From a plasmid, in sequence record NZ_CP085281.1: a stretch of DNA of 64,000 nt, one strand, 5' to 3'. Position numbers and translations under genes: made by a program. A model generated the notes under the pieces. It ran no database searches and had not been told where the DNA came from. It worked only from the letters and a program-made list of their open reading frames with translations. Positions 18,665 through 27,765 of this stretch are shown here, piece by piece. How positions within the stretch are numbered: position 1 is the first letter of the stretch; every line of letters starts with the position of its first letter.

Positions 18665-20224
18665 GTGGTGACGGTGAAGGTGCCAACCACTCATCGTCAC
18701 CACCGGGGAGTTCCATTGAAGTCTGCGAGGGACCGCATGGACATCATTTCTGCTTATCAACAAGTCGGGTCATACCGCGGCGCCGCGCAGCTGTGCGGCA
18801 CCACCCATAGGACCGTCAAGAAAGTCGTCGAGAAATTCGAAGCCGGTGAGAGCGCACCGCCGCGGGTCGAGCGGGCCCACAATTACGATGCGGTGGCCGA
18901 TCTGGTCGCCGAGCGTGTCGAGAAGTCGGCGGGTCGGATGTCGGCGAAGCGGATGTTGCCGATCGCGAAGGCCGCCGGTTACGACGGGTCGGCACGCAAC
19001 TTCCGTCGCCTCGTTGCTGAGGCGAAGGTGTTGTGGCGCAACGAACATCACCGGGGACGTCGCCCGGCGGTGTGGTCACCGGGTGAGTATCTGGTGATCG
19101 ACTGGGCCCAAGCCGCACCCGGGTTGTTCCTGTTCTGCGCAGTGCTGGCGTTCTCCCGGTGGCGCTTCGTCGCGTTCGCCACCGACCAGAAGGCGTCCAC
19201 GACGTTGGCGTTGATCGCCGAAGCGATGGCCGGGATAGGTGGTGTCCCGGCCCGGGTGCTGGCCGACCGGATGGCCTGTCTGAAGGGCGGCGTGGTCGCC
19301 AACGTGGTGATCCCTACCGCCGAATACGTCCGGCTGGCAGGTCATTACGGTTTCGCGCCGGACTTCTGCCATGCATCCGACCCTAAATCGAAGGGCATCG
19401 TGGAGAACTTGTGCGGCTACGCCCAACGCGACCTCGCCGTCCCGCTGCTCACCGACGCCGCCATCGCCGGGGTGCCGGTTGATCTGCGTGCTGCCAACGT
19501 TGCGGCCAGGGCGTGGTGTCTGGAGGTCAATGCCGCGGTGCATTCGGAGATCTGTGCGGTCCCCGATGAGCAACTGCTGATCGAACGGGAACTCCTGCAA
19601 CCGTTGCCGTCGCTGCAACTTCGAATCGGGGCACCGTCGGTGATCCGCAAGGTCGACCGGCTGTCGTGTGTCCGGTATGCCTCGGCCCGCTACTCGGTGC
19701 CCACCCGACTGATCGGGACCAGCGTGGCCGTCGTCGTCGATCACGGCGCGCTGTGCATCGTGGAGCCCGCGACTGGGGTGATCGTGGCTGAGCACGAACT
19801 GGGTGCCCCAGGCAGCGCATCAGTCCTCGACGATCACTACGACGGTCCCCGCCCGGAACCTAGCCGCGGACCACGACCCAAAACTCATGCTGAGCAACAG
19901 TTCTGCACACTCGGCGAGGATGCTCAAGCATTCCTGGTCGGGGCCGCCGCGATCGGCAACACTCGGCTGGGCTCCGAACTGGAAGTCCTACTGGCGTTGG
20001 GCGCCGCCCACGGCACCGACGCCTTGGTCGGCGCGCTTCGCCGGGCGGTCGCGTTCCGGAGGTTCCGCGCGATCGACGTGCGGTCCATCCTGGCCGCCGG
20101 CGCCGGAACGCCGCAGCCCCGCCCCGCCGGGGATGCGTTGATCCTGGACCTCCCAGTCGCCCCGACCCGATCCCTGGCTGCCTACACGGTCAACCCGGCC
20201 GCAGACGGTGGTGCCACGTCATGA
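18665..20224 (+). CDS. istA: IS21-family transposase IstA
   Basis: N-terminal HTH, DDE-type core, 519 aa. Overlaps istB by 4 nt. Confidence 0.85.
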   Translation: MVTVKVPTTHRHHRGVPLKSARDRMDIISAYQQVGSYRGAAQLCGTTHRTVKKVVEKFEAGESAPPRVERAHNYDAVADLVAERVEKSAGRMSAKRMLPIAKAAGYDGSARNFRRLVAEAKVLWRNEHHRGRRPAVWSPGEYLVIDWAQAAPGLFLFCAVLAFSRWRFVAFATDQKASTTLALIAEAMAGIGGVPARVLADRMACLKGGVVANVVIPTAEYVRLAGHYGFAPDFCHASDPKSKGIVENLCGYAQRDLAVPLLTDAAIAGVPVDLRAANVAARAWCLEVNAAVHSEICAVPDEQLLIERELLQPLPSLQLRIGAPSVIRKVDRLSCVRYASARYSVPTRLIGTSVAVVVDHGALCIVEPATGVIVAEHELGAPGSASVLDDHYDGPRPEPSRGPRPKTHAEQQFCTLGEDAQAFLVGAAAIGNTRLGSELEVLLALGAAHGTDALVGALRRAVAFRRFRAIDVRSILAAGAGTPQPRPAGDALILDLPVAPTRSLAAYTVNPAADGGATS

Positions 20225-21030
20225 ACGGCACGCCAGCCAAGGCAACCAAACCCGTTGCACCACTGTCCACTCCGCAATTCGCCGCTGATCTCGACGCCGG
20301 GCTGCGGCGGCTCAAGCTCGCCGCGATCCGGCGCACCGCCCCCGAAGTCCTAATCACCGCCAAGACCCAGCGCTGGACCCCCGAAGAAGTGCTACGGACC
20401 CTCGTCGAGACCGAACTGGCGGCACGGGATGCCTCCAACGTCGTCAACCGGCTCAAGGCTGCCGGGTTCCCGGTCACCAAGACCTTGGAGTCCTTCGACG
20501 TGGCCGCATCGTCGATTCAGCCCAAGGTGTTCGACTACCTGTCGAGCCTGGAATGGGTTCGCACACAACAGAATCTGGCGATCATCGGACCGGCTGGGAC
20601 CGGCAAGTCCCACACCCTGATCGGACTGGGGGTCGCTGCGATTCATGCTGGGCACAAGGTCCGGTACTTCACCGCCGCCGACCTCGTCGAAACCCTCTAC
20701 CGCGGCTTGGCCGACAACACCGTCGGCAAGATCATCGAATCCCTGCTCCGTGTCGATCTGATCATCCTCGACGAACTGGGCTTCGCCCCACTCGACGACA
20801 CCGGCACCCAGCTGCTGTTCCGCCTCGTCGCCGGCGCCTACGAACGCCGCTCCCTGGCCATCGGCTCGCACTGGCCCTTCCAAGAGTGGGGTCGATTCCT
20901 GCCCGAGCAGACCACCGCCGTCAGCATCTTGGACCGGCTCCTGCATCACGCCACCGTCGTCATCACCGACGGCCAGTCCTACCGAATGAAGGACGCCCAA
21001 CACCGGAAGGAGAACCCCCAACCAATCTAA
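20221..21030 (+). CDS. istB: IS21-family ATP-binding helper IstB
   Basis: Walker A GPAGTGKSH, Walker B DLIILDELG, 269 aa. Confidence 0.85.
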   Translation: MNGTPAKATKPVAPLSTPQFAADLDAGLRRLKLAAIRRTAPEVLITAKTQRWTPEEVLRTLVETELAARDASNVVNRLKAAGFPVTKTLESFDVAASSIQPKVFDYLSSLEWVRTQQNLAIIGPAGTGKSHTLIGLGVAAIHAGHKVRYFTAADLVETLYRGLADNTVGKIIESLLRVDLIILDELGFAPLDDTGTQLLFRLVAGAYERRSLAIGSHWPFQEWGRFLPEQTTAVSILDRLLHHATVVITDGQSYRMKDAQHRKENPQPI

Positions 21031-21096
21031 GAATCACTGCACGGGGTGGGTACTTTTATCCGGCCACCAGCGGGTACTTCTACTTGGCCATTGACA

Positions 21097-21101
21097 ATTG
21101 C
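21097..21101. repeat. target-site duplication ATTGC (right copy) of the IS21 insertion
   Basis: Identical pentamer immediately outside both IS21 termini. Confidence 0.55.
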
Positions 21102-21562
21102 CATGCACCGGCATTCCAGACGTGATGGAGGGCAACGGTGTGGTCGATTTGCACGTCGGCCAGGTCGACTCGTTCACCGCTGTAGGGATCGTTGAGCCAG
21201 CCCGCGATGACTTTGCAGTTGTGGGTGCCGTCCTTGTAGGTAACGTCGTTGAGATCCCTGGCCAAAATTCTCGAGCGTGTGTCGCAACCCGATCTGTCGC
21301 TGGGGTCGTTCCACGCGGGCCCGAACACACAGCCCTGACCCTTCTTGCAGCTGCGCTCGTAGCCGGGTACCGAGTCGATGTGGTCGACGACCTTGACTTG
21401 ATCGAGCAGGGAGGTCAAGTCGGCCGAGGTGGCCGCGGGCGCGGCGATCGCCACCGTGTCCCCGCGGTATCCGAAGTCGACGAGTGTGGGATGCAGCCAG
21501 GCAGCGATCGCGACGGCGGCGGCGCCGGCGATCGCGATGGCGCGGACTCGTCTAACGCTCAT
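21097..21562 (-). pseudogene. 5' portion of a secreted HNH/DUF1524-like nuclease gene interrupted by IS21
   Basis: Signal peptide, CKKGQGC, IDHTVALHHVWN. The ORF runs into the IS terminus and stops 5 codons inside it. Confidence 0.55.
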
Positions 21563-21734
21563 GTTCGGTTGCCTCCCCGGGACATTTGTTGTGCTTGCTC
21601 AGCCTATGCGAGCGCAGAGACAAATCCGGCTGCGGCGAGAAGCGAATTCCGCTGTACCGCAGACACTCCCGTCATCTGAGCCCGCGACCAGCGGAGACGG
21701 CATGTCCCCCCGCGTGGCGATCTCTGGCTGGGCG

Positions 21735-22586
21735 CTACGAGGACTCGATCGCCGCTGCGCCGGCCTGCAGGATCTTGCGGATCGTCTCGTGGTGAAGACC
21801 GGTGCTCGACGCGATCGCACGCTGGGATTGCCCACCATCGTGTGTGGCTTCCAGAACGTCGGCGATCTGCTCGACCGGTCGTTCGACGATCGCTTTCTGC
21901 GTCGACTGCTCCTGGATGTCCCGCGCAAGGGTGACCCAGTACCGGCGGCGATCGGCCGCTCGCTGCGCCTGCTGGTTTTCCTGTTGCACCCGTACGGCTT
22001 TCACCGTCATCGGGCGCACACGGGACAAGATCGCGGCGCCATGGGCGGTCGCCAGGAGCGAGACCGGAGGCACGACGCCGATCGCCGCTTTCAACCACGG
22101 GCCCAGCTCGGTGCCGGGTTCGGTGATGGCGTGCAAGGCGTTTGATCCGATACTGGCCAAGGCGGCCAGGGCGAGCACCCACCAGAAGAATCGGCGATTG
22201 GCACGCTGCTGGGCACCGTAGGCGCCCAGGGCCAGGACCGCCATCGTGGCCGAGAGGATGGTTCCGTCGACGATGATCGGCCACAGCGGGGCGAGGTTGT
22301 GTGGGTAGCCGGCACGGATGGCGAGGTCGGTCAGCGAGGCGAAGCTCAGGATGAATGAGGCGACGCCGATGACGGCGGTGATGGACACCGCGGCGAAGCG
22401 GGTGGCCCGCAGCATCTTGGCCGAGCCGGGCGCGGCGAGTACTTCCTCACCGCCGGCCAGCACCAGGTCGTCGTCGTCGACCGCCACGGCGGTCAGTGGG
22501 GTGATCGGTGCGGTCGACGCTGATGTCGGAGAGTTCCCGTTGCGGGTGGGCTGAAGGTCAAGTAGGGCGTCGTCGACGACAGTCAT
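21735..22586 (-). CDS. DUF2637-like membrane protein with C-terminal HTH
   Basis: TM helices with LSFASLTDLAIRAGYPHNLAPLWPIIVDG. C-terminal GQSQRAIASSTGLHHETIRKIL. Confidence 0.55.
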   Translation of the reverse strand: MTVVDDALLDLQPTRNGNSPTSASTAPITPLTAVAVDDDDLVLAGGEEVLAAPGSAKMLRATRFAAVSITAVIGVASFILSFASLTDLAIRAGYPHNLAPLWPIIVDGTILSATMAVLALGAYGAQQRANRRFFWWVLALAALASIGSNALHAITEPGTELGPWLKAAIGVVPPVSLLATAHGAAILSRVRPMTVKAVRVQQENQQAQRAADRRRYWVTLARDIQEQSTQKAIVERPVEQIADVLEATHDGGQSQRAIASSTGLHHETIRKILQAGAAAIESS

Positions 22587-22750
22587 GGCGTCCTCAGGCT
22601 CGGCGGTGGAATCGAGTGTTCACAGACAGTGATGAACCGAATTAGCGTGGCGCACATCGCCACTGGTGCATCTGCTGTCGCAAATCGTAACACCGCTGCA
22701 TCGTTGTTCCGGGTGCCGCGACCTGCGAGATGGCATGGCCCCGGACGGCG

Positions 22751-23767
22751 TCAGTGGCCGGCGGTCTGGGTGCCTGAGGTGCCGAAGGGCGGTTCTTCGG
22801 ATTCGATTTCGGGGATGGCGCCGAAGGTCTGCTCGACACCCACTGGGGCGTCGTAGAGCTTGTCCTCGGGGAAGATGGCCGGGTCCCGCTTGGTGGTCTC
22901 GCCTTCGCCGTCCTTGTGCCCTCGGGCGCCGTGCATCGGCATCATCGGCATCATCGGCATCCGATTGCCTGCGGCGGCCGCCGGCGAGCCGGCGCCGGGG
23001 CCCTGCAGCGGGCTGGCTTGCAGGGCGCTGGAGCCGTTCATCGGCGTCACCGGGGTCTCCAGGCCGGCGGGCATGGTCGTGCCCGGGTCGATGCCTCCCC
23101 CGCCACCGCCGCCGAAGCCTCCGCCACCACCGCCGAGGCCGTCGAGGCCGAGGTCTGGCTTGGCGACCTCGGATGCGGCCTTGGTTGCGGATTCGACCGC
23201 CTTGCTGGCGAGCTGGCCGACCTGCTCGCCGGCCTTGCTGACGGCCTCGCTGAGCTTGCTGCCGATTTGGGACAACTGCTGGGAAAGCTGTTGGGCGATC
23301 TGCGATCCCGTTTGCATGCCCATCTGGAGTAGCTGCTGCATCTCCTGCTGGGTTTTGTCGCCACCCAGCATGTCTTGGGCCTTCTCCTTGGCTTCCTTAT
23401 CGATCGAGTCGGGATCGAGCTGGCCAGCAGTGTCGGATCCAGCCAACCCAGCGCCCGGGGTGGAACCGTCCTTGAAGCCCGCGGCGTTCTGGGCGTCCTG
23501 GTTCTCAATGCTCGACATGCCCTGCTGCACCGCGTTGGTGAGATCGGTGGCGCCGTTGGTGAGCGCGGGGCCCGCGGGCGAGAGACCGGTTTGCAGCTGG
23601 CCCGTGAACATGGAGATCTGATTGCCCACCGGGCTGGACGCTCCGGGCGGGGACAGCGCCGACTGCACGCCGCTGGACAGGTCCGATGCTGCTTGATGGC
23701 CCTGGTCTCCCAGACCGTCCGACCCACCCCGGAACTCCGGGATGTTGAAGGTCATCGGTTGGCTCAT
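22751..23767 (-). CDS. hypothetical secreted-like Gly/Gln/Met-rich protein
   Basis: 338 aa with Q-rich helical segment, poly-Gly run and MPMMPMMPM. Resembles unstructured ESX-substrate-like proteins. Confidence 0.5.
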   Translation of the reverse strand: MSQPMTFNIPEFRGGSDGLGDQGHQAASDLSSGVQSALSPPGASSPVGNQISMFTGQLQTGLSPAGPALTNGATDLTNAVQQGMSSIENQDAQNAAGFKDGSTPGAGLAGSDTAGQLDPDSIDKEAKEKAQDMLGGDKTQQEMQQLLQMGMQTGSQIAQQLSQQLSQIGSKLSEAVSKAGEQVGQLASKAVESATKAASEVAKPDLGLDGLGGGGGGFGGGGGGGIDPGTTMPAGLETPVTPMNGSSALQASPLQGPGAGSPAAAAGNRMPMMPMMPMHGARGHKDGEGETTKRDPAIFPEDKLYDAPVGVEQTFGAIPEIESEEPPFGTSGTQTAGH

Positions 23768-23892
23768 GAAGGCCAGTTTATCTGCGCCGACACGCTCCAG
23801 AGGTGCTGCGGAGTCCCGGATCTATTCGCCCGCCGGCGGATCCTTCTGCGATCGCACAACGGGGACGTGGCATTTGCCCTGGTGGTGGGCGG

Positions 23893-24147
23893 TCAGGCTC
23901 GCACGCCTGAGCCGACCATGGGCCGTCCGAGCAGCGCCAGCAGCGTCCAGCGCGCGTCGACGTCGGTGGGGTCGTCGTGCAGCTCGTCGCAGGCGATTCG
24001 GATCCTGCGGGCGATGTCGCGCTCGTCCGCCGGCGGCGTGGAGCGCAGGAGCACGTCGCGGGCGTTGGCTTGAGCCACCGGATCTAGAGGTGCGCAGTAG
24101 AGGTCGTCGCAGGCCAGCTGAATGTGCTGGGCGAGTGCATCCGCCAT
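23893..24147 (-). CDS. small hypothetical protein
   Basis: 84-aa ORF divergent from the 24290 gene. Confidence 0.35.
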   Translation of the reverse strand: MADALAQHIQLACDDLYCAPLDPVAQANARDVLLRSTPPADERDIARRIRIACDELHDDPTDVDARWTLLALLGRPMVGSGVRA

Positions 24148-24289
24148 CCCGGCTCCTTCAAGTCAATAACAAGTCGCATTGTCAGCGCTTATCAACTTCT
24201 CTTGTCACTATAGCGACGGCGAACTGGTATTCAAGACCCGTTGTGCACGAATACTCAGCCGAGTTGAACTGACGCGTTAATCTGCCTGC

Positions 24290-24691
24290 GTGGCATTCGA
24301 CGACCTCAGCGCCGAGGACCTGGCGGCCGCCAGCAGCCGCGTTGCCGAGGACGCCTTGCACTCAGCCAGACTGCTGGCCGCCGAGTACCTCGTTGCGGGC
24401 CCCGGATCGAGCGTCGGTGACGCAGCCACTGCCGTGCGCGTCCTTCTCACCCAGGACCCCGGCGACACCCGCTACGAACTCCTTCAGGCGTTCGAGAAGC
24501 CCTGGGCGGCGCTGACCATCCGCATCTTGGCACCAGTCGCCGACCCCACCCCGGCTATGCAAGATGCCCGCGATCGAGGTGTCACCGCGGGCAAGATCGC
24601 CGAAGCGCTGGGCGTCAGTCAGCAGGCCCTTTATCAGAATCCGCGGTACGCCGACATCGTGCGCCGGCCGCGAAGAAACTCTGAAACTTAG
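24290..24691 (+). CDS. hypothetical protein with C-terminal HTH-like segment
   Basis: GTG start. VTAGKIAEALGVSQQALYQ near the C-terminus. Confidence 0.4.
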   Translation: MAFDDLSAEDLAAASSRVAEDALHSARLLAAEYLVAGPGSSVGDAATAVRVLLTQDPGDTRYELLQAFEKPWAALTIRILAPVADPTPAMQDARDRGVTAGKIAEALGVSQQALYQNPRYADIVRRPRRNSET

Positions 24692-24821
24692 TTCCCGCGA
24701 CTGGTTCCGCCCCGGCCGGCAGCTCTACTGCCGTGCGCCACCCCGCGTCGACGGGTGCATCGTGCGCGGGGACAGTGATGGTGCGCTCGCCGGCGAGGGT
24801 GCGGGAGATTCGGGTCGCTTC

Positions 24822-24853
24822 GGGGACGCGGTGGTGCGGAACGAGGTCGTGGC
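24822..24853 (+). repeat. partial copy of the dispersed ~30-bp repeat
   Basis: cggggacgcggtggtgcggaacgaggtcgtgg shares GGGGACG and CGAGGTCGTGG with copy 49207..49237. Confidence 0.35.
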
Positions 24854-25035
24854 GGACGATGATCAGTCCGCGTTCTTCCAGGGAGCTGAAGGTGCGGCCC
24901 TGTTGGTTGTATGCGGCGTGTCCGTCGATCGGAAGAAACGTAGCGCGGCGGACCCCGGGTTTTAACCCTGGGGGTGAGCGCGTCGATGGTGTTCCTGTGG
25001 TGACTTGGGTCGGGTCCGGTGCGGCGCGTTGATCA

Positions 25036-25062
25036 CATTAGACAGGTGCAGGAAGTCTAATG
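25036..25062 (+). other. left-end subterminal hairpin CATTAGAC-loop-GTCTAATG of the IS200/IS605 element
   Basis: Perfect 8-bp stem with 11-nt loop, overlapping the tnpA ATG. Confidence 0.5.
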
Positions 25063-25470
25063 TTGTCGGTTGTGGGTGTTACGTTGCGGACGAACGCGAA
25101 CATCGCTTTCCAGTGTGCGTATCACGTGGTGTGGTGCCCGAAGTACCGGCGCAGTGTGATCGGTGGCCGCATGGAGGCGCGGCTCAAAGAGATCATCGCC
25201 GAGGTGATCGCAGAGAAGGGGGCATGGATGATCGAACTCGAAACCATGCCCGACCATGTGCACCTGCTGGTGGAGGTGGATCCGCAGTACGGGGTGCACA
25301 AGCTGGTCAAGGCCATCAAGGGCCGCTCGTCACGTCTGCTGCGTGAGGAATTTCCGTGGTTGAAGTCGCGATTGCCGTCGCTGTGGACGAACTCGTATTT
25401 CGTCGCCACCATCGGGGGAGCCCCGTTGTCGGTGATCAAACGGTACGTCGAGACGCAAAAGGACCGTTGA
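25060..25470 (+). CDS. tnpA: IS200-like Y1 (HUH) transposase TnpA
   Basis: YHVVWCPKYRR, HUH motif HVHLLVEV, catalytic Tyr region TNSYFVATIG. Confidence 0.85.
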   Translation: MLSVVGVTLRTNANIAFQCAYHVVWCPKYRRSVIGGRMEARLKEIIAEVIAEKGAWMIELETMPDHVHLLVEVDPQYGVHKLVKAIKGRSSRLLREEFPWLKSRLPSLWTNSYFVATIGGAPLSVIKRYVETQKDR

Positions 25471-25473
25471 TTC

Positions 25474-26727
25474 ATGTTGACGGGCAGGCGGTTTCGGGTC
25501 GAGTTCACCGGCGAGCAGGCTCAGTTCGCCGAACAGATCGGCGCGGCCTGCCGGGCGGTGTGGAACACCGGCCTGGAGCAGCGCCGGGAGTACCGGCGCC
25601 GCGGCGCGTGGATGAACTACGGGCCCCAGGCCAAAGAACTGGCTGACGCTAAGACCGAGCATCCGTGGCTCAAAGACGTTCCGGGGCACTGCCTGCAGCA
25701 GACGTTGATGGATCTGGACAAGGCCTGCCGCGCGCACGGCACTTGGAAGGTGCATTGGCGCTCAGGCCGACGATGGGCGCCGTCGTTCCGGTTCCCCGAG
25801 GGCAACAAGATGGCGGTAGAGAAGCTCAACCGACGCCATGGCCGGATCAAGTTGCCCAAGCTCGGCTGGGTGAAGTTCCGCCAGACGCGCAGTCTGGTTG
25901 GTGAAACCATCCGGTCGGCCACCTTGACTCGGGAAGGCGGCCGGCATTGGTTCCTGTCGCTGCTGGTCGACGATGGCGCCGGCAGTCCGGCCGCTCACAC
26001 GATGCCGGGGACGGCTGTCGGGGTTGATCGTGGTGTCGCGGTGGCGATCGCGACCAGCGGCGGCGACCTGATCGACCGCGTGTTCCTCAGCGCCGCTGAG
26101 CGGCGTCGCGTCGCGACGTTGCAGCGCAAGCTGTCTCGGTGCGCGAAGGGATCGGCCAACCGCGCCAAGGCGCGGTCCGCGCTGGCACAGGTTCGGGCCC
26201 GGGAACGCCGCCGCCGCCAAGAATTTTGCGCCCAGACCGCTCACCGGCTCGCGGCCGCCCATGCGGTAGTGGTGCTGGAAGATTTGAAGACCCGCAACAT
26301 GACCCGTACGGCGAAAGGAACCTTGGATCAGCCCGGCCTCAACGTGAAAGCCAAGTCCGGGCTCAACCGCGCCATCCTGGCCAAAGGATGGCATCAGTTC
26401 GCGTTGGCACTGTCCTCAGCGGCCCGGTACACCGGGACCGCTGTGGTGACGGTGCCGGCGCCGTACACGTCGCAACGCTGCTCGCAGTGTCAGCAGGTGG
26501 ACCCGAAATCCCGCGAGAGCCAAGCGGTATTCCGGTGCACCCACTGCTCGCACCACGAGCATGCGGACGTCAACGCCGCCAAGAACATTTTGGCCGCAGG
26601 GCTTGCGGTCACCGCCTGCCAAGACCAACCCCGGCCCACGGGCAAGGAACGGTCGCCGAAGCAGGAACCAGCAGGAAACCGCGAGGAATTACTGCTCCAA
26701 CACCCTCACCGCACACCCGCGGCGTGA
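25474..26727 (+). CDS. tnpB: TnpB/OrfB RNA-guided endonuclease-like protein
   Basis: C-terminal zinc finger CSQCQQV..CTHCSHHEHADVNAAKNI. 417 aa. Confidence 0.85.
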   Translation: MLTGRRFRVEFTGEQAQFAEQIGAACRAVWNTGLEQRREYRRRGAWMNYGPQAKELADAKTEHPWLKDVPGHCLQQTLMDLDKACRAHGTWKVHWRSGRRWAPSFRFPEGNKMAVEKLNRRHGRIKLPKLGWVKFRQTRSLVGETIRSATLTREGGRHWFLSLLVDDGAGSPAAHTMPGTAVGVDRGVAVAIATSGGDLIDRVFLSAAERRRVATLQRKLSRCAKGSANRAKARSALAQVRARERRRRQEFCAQTAHRLAAAHAVVVLEDLKTRNMTRTAKGTLDQPGLNVKAKSGLNRAILAKGWHQFALALSSAARYTGTAVVTVPAPYTSQRCSQCQQVDPKSRESQAVFRCTHCSHHEHADVNAAKNILAAGLAVTACQDQPRPTGKERSPKQEPAGNREELLLQHPHRTPAA

Positions 26728-26976
26728 CCACGTTGGAATCCCCCCGGCTTCAGCCGTGGGGAGGAAGTCAAGGCCAGTGCTGGTATCTGCACTGCAGGGG
26801 AGGCGGTGGCCGAGTGGATGTTGACGCCGCCGACTATGGCGGTGGCGTGGAATGCCATGTACGAGCGGGCATATCCCGCTGCGCTGCAGTCGGTTACGGG
26901 TCTGGACGCGTCGACCTTGCTCGACGCGCAGCGGTGGGTCGGGGCACTTCTGGCGTAGCTGTCGGTGCCTGATCGG

Positions 26977-27007
26977 GTGTAGCACCGCCGTCCGTCCGGT
27001 GCTACAC
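26977..27007. promoter_or_regulatory. perfect inverted repeat GTGTAGCACC-N11-GGTGCTACAC, 9 nt upstream of the second vapB, candidate operator
   Basis: 10-bp perfect arms at 26977-26986 and 26998-27007. Confidence 0.45.
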
Positions 27008-27015
27008 TTAGGTCT

Positions 27016-27279
27016 ATGCCAACGACCCGCCCGCGCCACTTCGTAACCGAGACAGACGACCTCGCGTCAGCCCTGGACCGGGCAGCCGAACGCTGGCCAG
27101 GAGTGAGCCGTCCCCAGCTCTTGGTGCGCCTGGCCATGGAAGGCGATCGCGCGGCCACCGCGGCGCGGGAGGACTTGCGGGCGCGGCGGCTGAGAGCAAT
27201 TGAGGAGCTGAGCGGCGCACTGACTGGGATTTATGAGCCCGGGTACTTGGAGGATCTGCGGGCGGATTGGCCGGCGTGA
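27016..27279 (+). CDS. vapB: VapB-type antitoxin
   Basis: 87-aa protein directly upstream of the PIN gene with a GTGA overlap. Confidence 0.7.
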   Translation: MPTTRPRHFVTETDDLASALDRAAERWPGVSRPQLLVRLAMEGDRAATAAREDLRARRLRAIEELSGALTGIYEPGYLEDLRADWPA

Positions 27280-27677
27280 CTGTCGTCGTGGACACCTCGG
27301 TGCTGATTGCATTCTTCAACAGCAAGGATGCCCATCATCAGTCGGCGAAGGACGTGCTGGCGCAGGTGGCCGATGAGGCTCTGGTGGCAAGTTCAATGAC
27401 ATGGGCCGAGGTGCTGGCCGGACCGGCACGCAGCGGTGAAGAGTCTGTTCAGACGGCGTTGTCTGCGTTGGCGCAACTCGAGATTTACGAGGAAGCCTTT
27501 CCTCGTGACGTGGCCGTGCGGCTGGCTTGGCTTCGAGCGGAAACGGGTTTGAAGATGCCCGATTGCTGCGTCCTGCTGGCAGCTGAGACCGCGCAGGCGG
27601 ATTCGGTCGCAACCTTCGACGGTCAGCTCGCATCAGCGTCCATTCAGCGCGGCCTGACGGCGCGGACCGGCAAGTAA
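27276..27677 (+). CDS. vapC: PIN-domain toxin VapC
   Basis: VVVDTSVLIAFF N-terminus. GTG at 27276 overlaps the vapB TGA. Confidence 0.8.
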   Translation: MTVVVDTSVLIAFFNSKDAHHQSAKDVLAQVADEALVASSMTWAEVLAGPARSGEESVQTALSALAQLEIYEEAFPRDVAVRLAWLRAETGLKMPDCCVLLAAETAQADSVATFDGQLASASIQRGLTARTGK

Positions 27678-27765
27678 TCAGGCAGCGGTCTTGGACCGTG
27701 GTCTTCGGTCAGGCCGAAGTACGGACGGAATTGCGATGTTTCGCAAGGCCTGGTGGTCTGACGCG

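Larger units (their letters stand above)
18552..21096 (+). mobile_element. IS21-family insertion sequence (istA plus istB) with multi-repeat terminal inverted ends
   Basis: Left end TGTCCGTGGCCATGAAAAAGTACCCAC.. and right end ..GGTGGGTACTTTTATCCGGCCACCAGCGGGTACTTCTACTTGGCCATTGACA are inverted copies carrying reiterated GTACCC..TGGTGGCC motifs. Flanked by the 5-bp direct repeat ATTGC. Confidence 0.85.
25025..26790 (+). mobile_element. IS200/IS605-family element (Y1 tnpA plus tnpB) with subterminal hairpins. Right end approximate
   Basis: Left-end hairpin at 25036-25062, tnpA, tnpB, right-end hairpin near 26741-26760. Confidence 0.75.

Noticed and set aside
24564-24965. 133-aa plus-strand ORF next to the IS605 left end
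   Set aside because: Composition looks random and Gly/Arg-rich. The region is better explained by a start-less minus-strand remnant frame.
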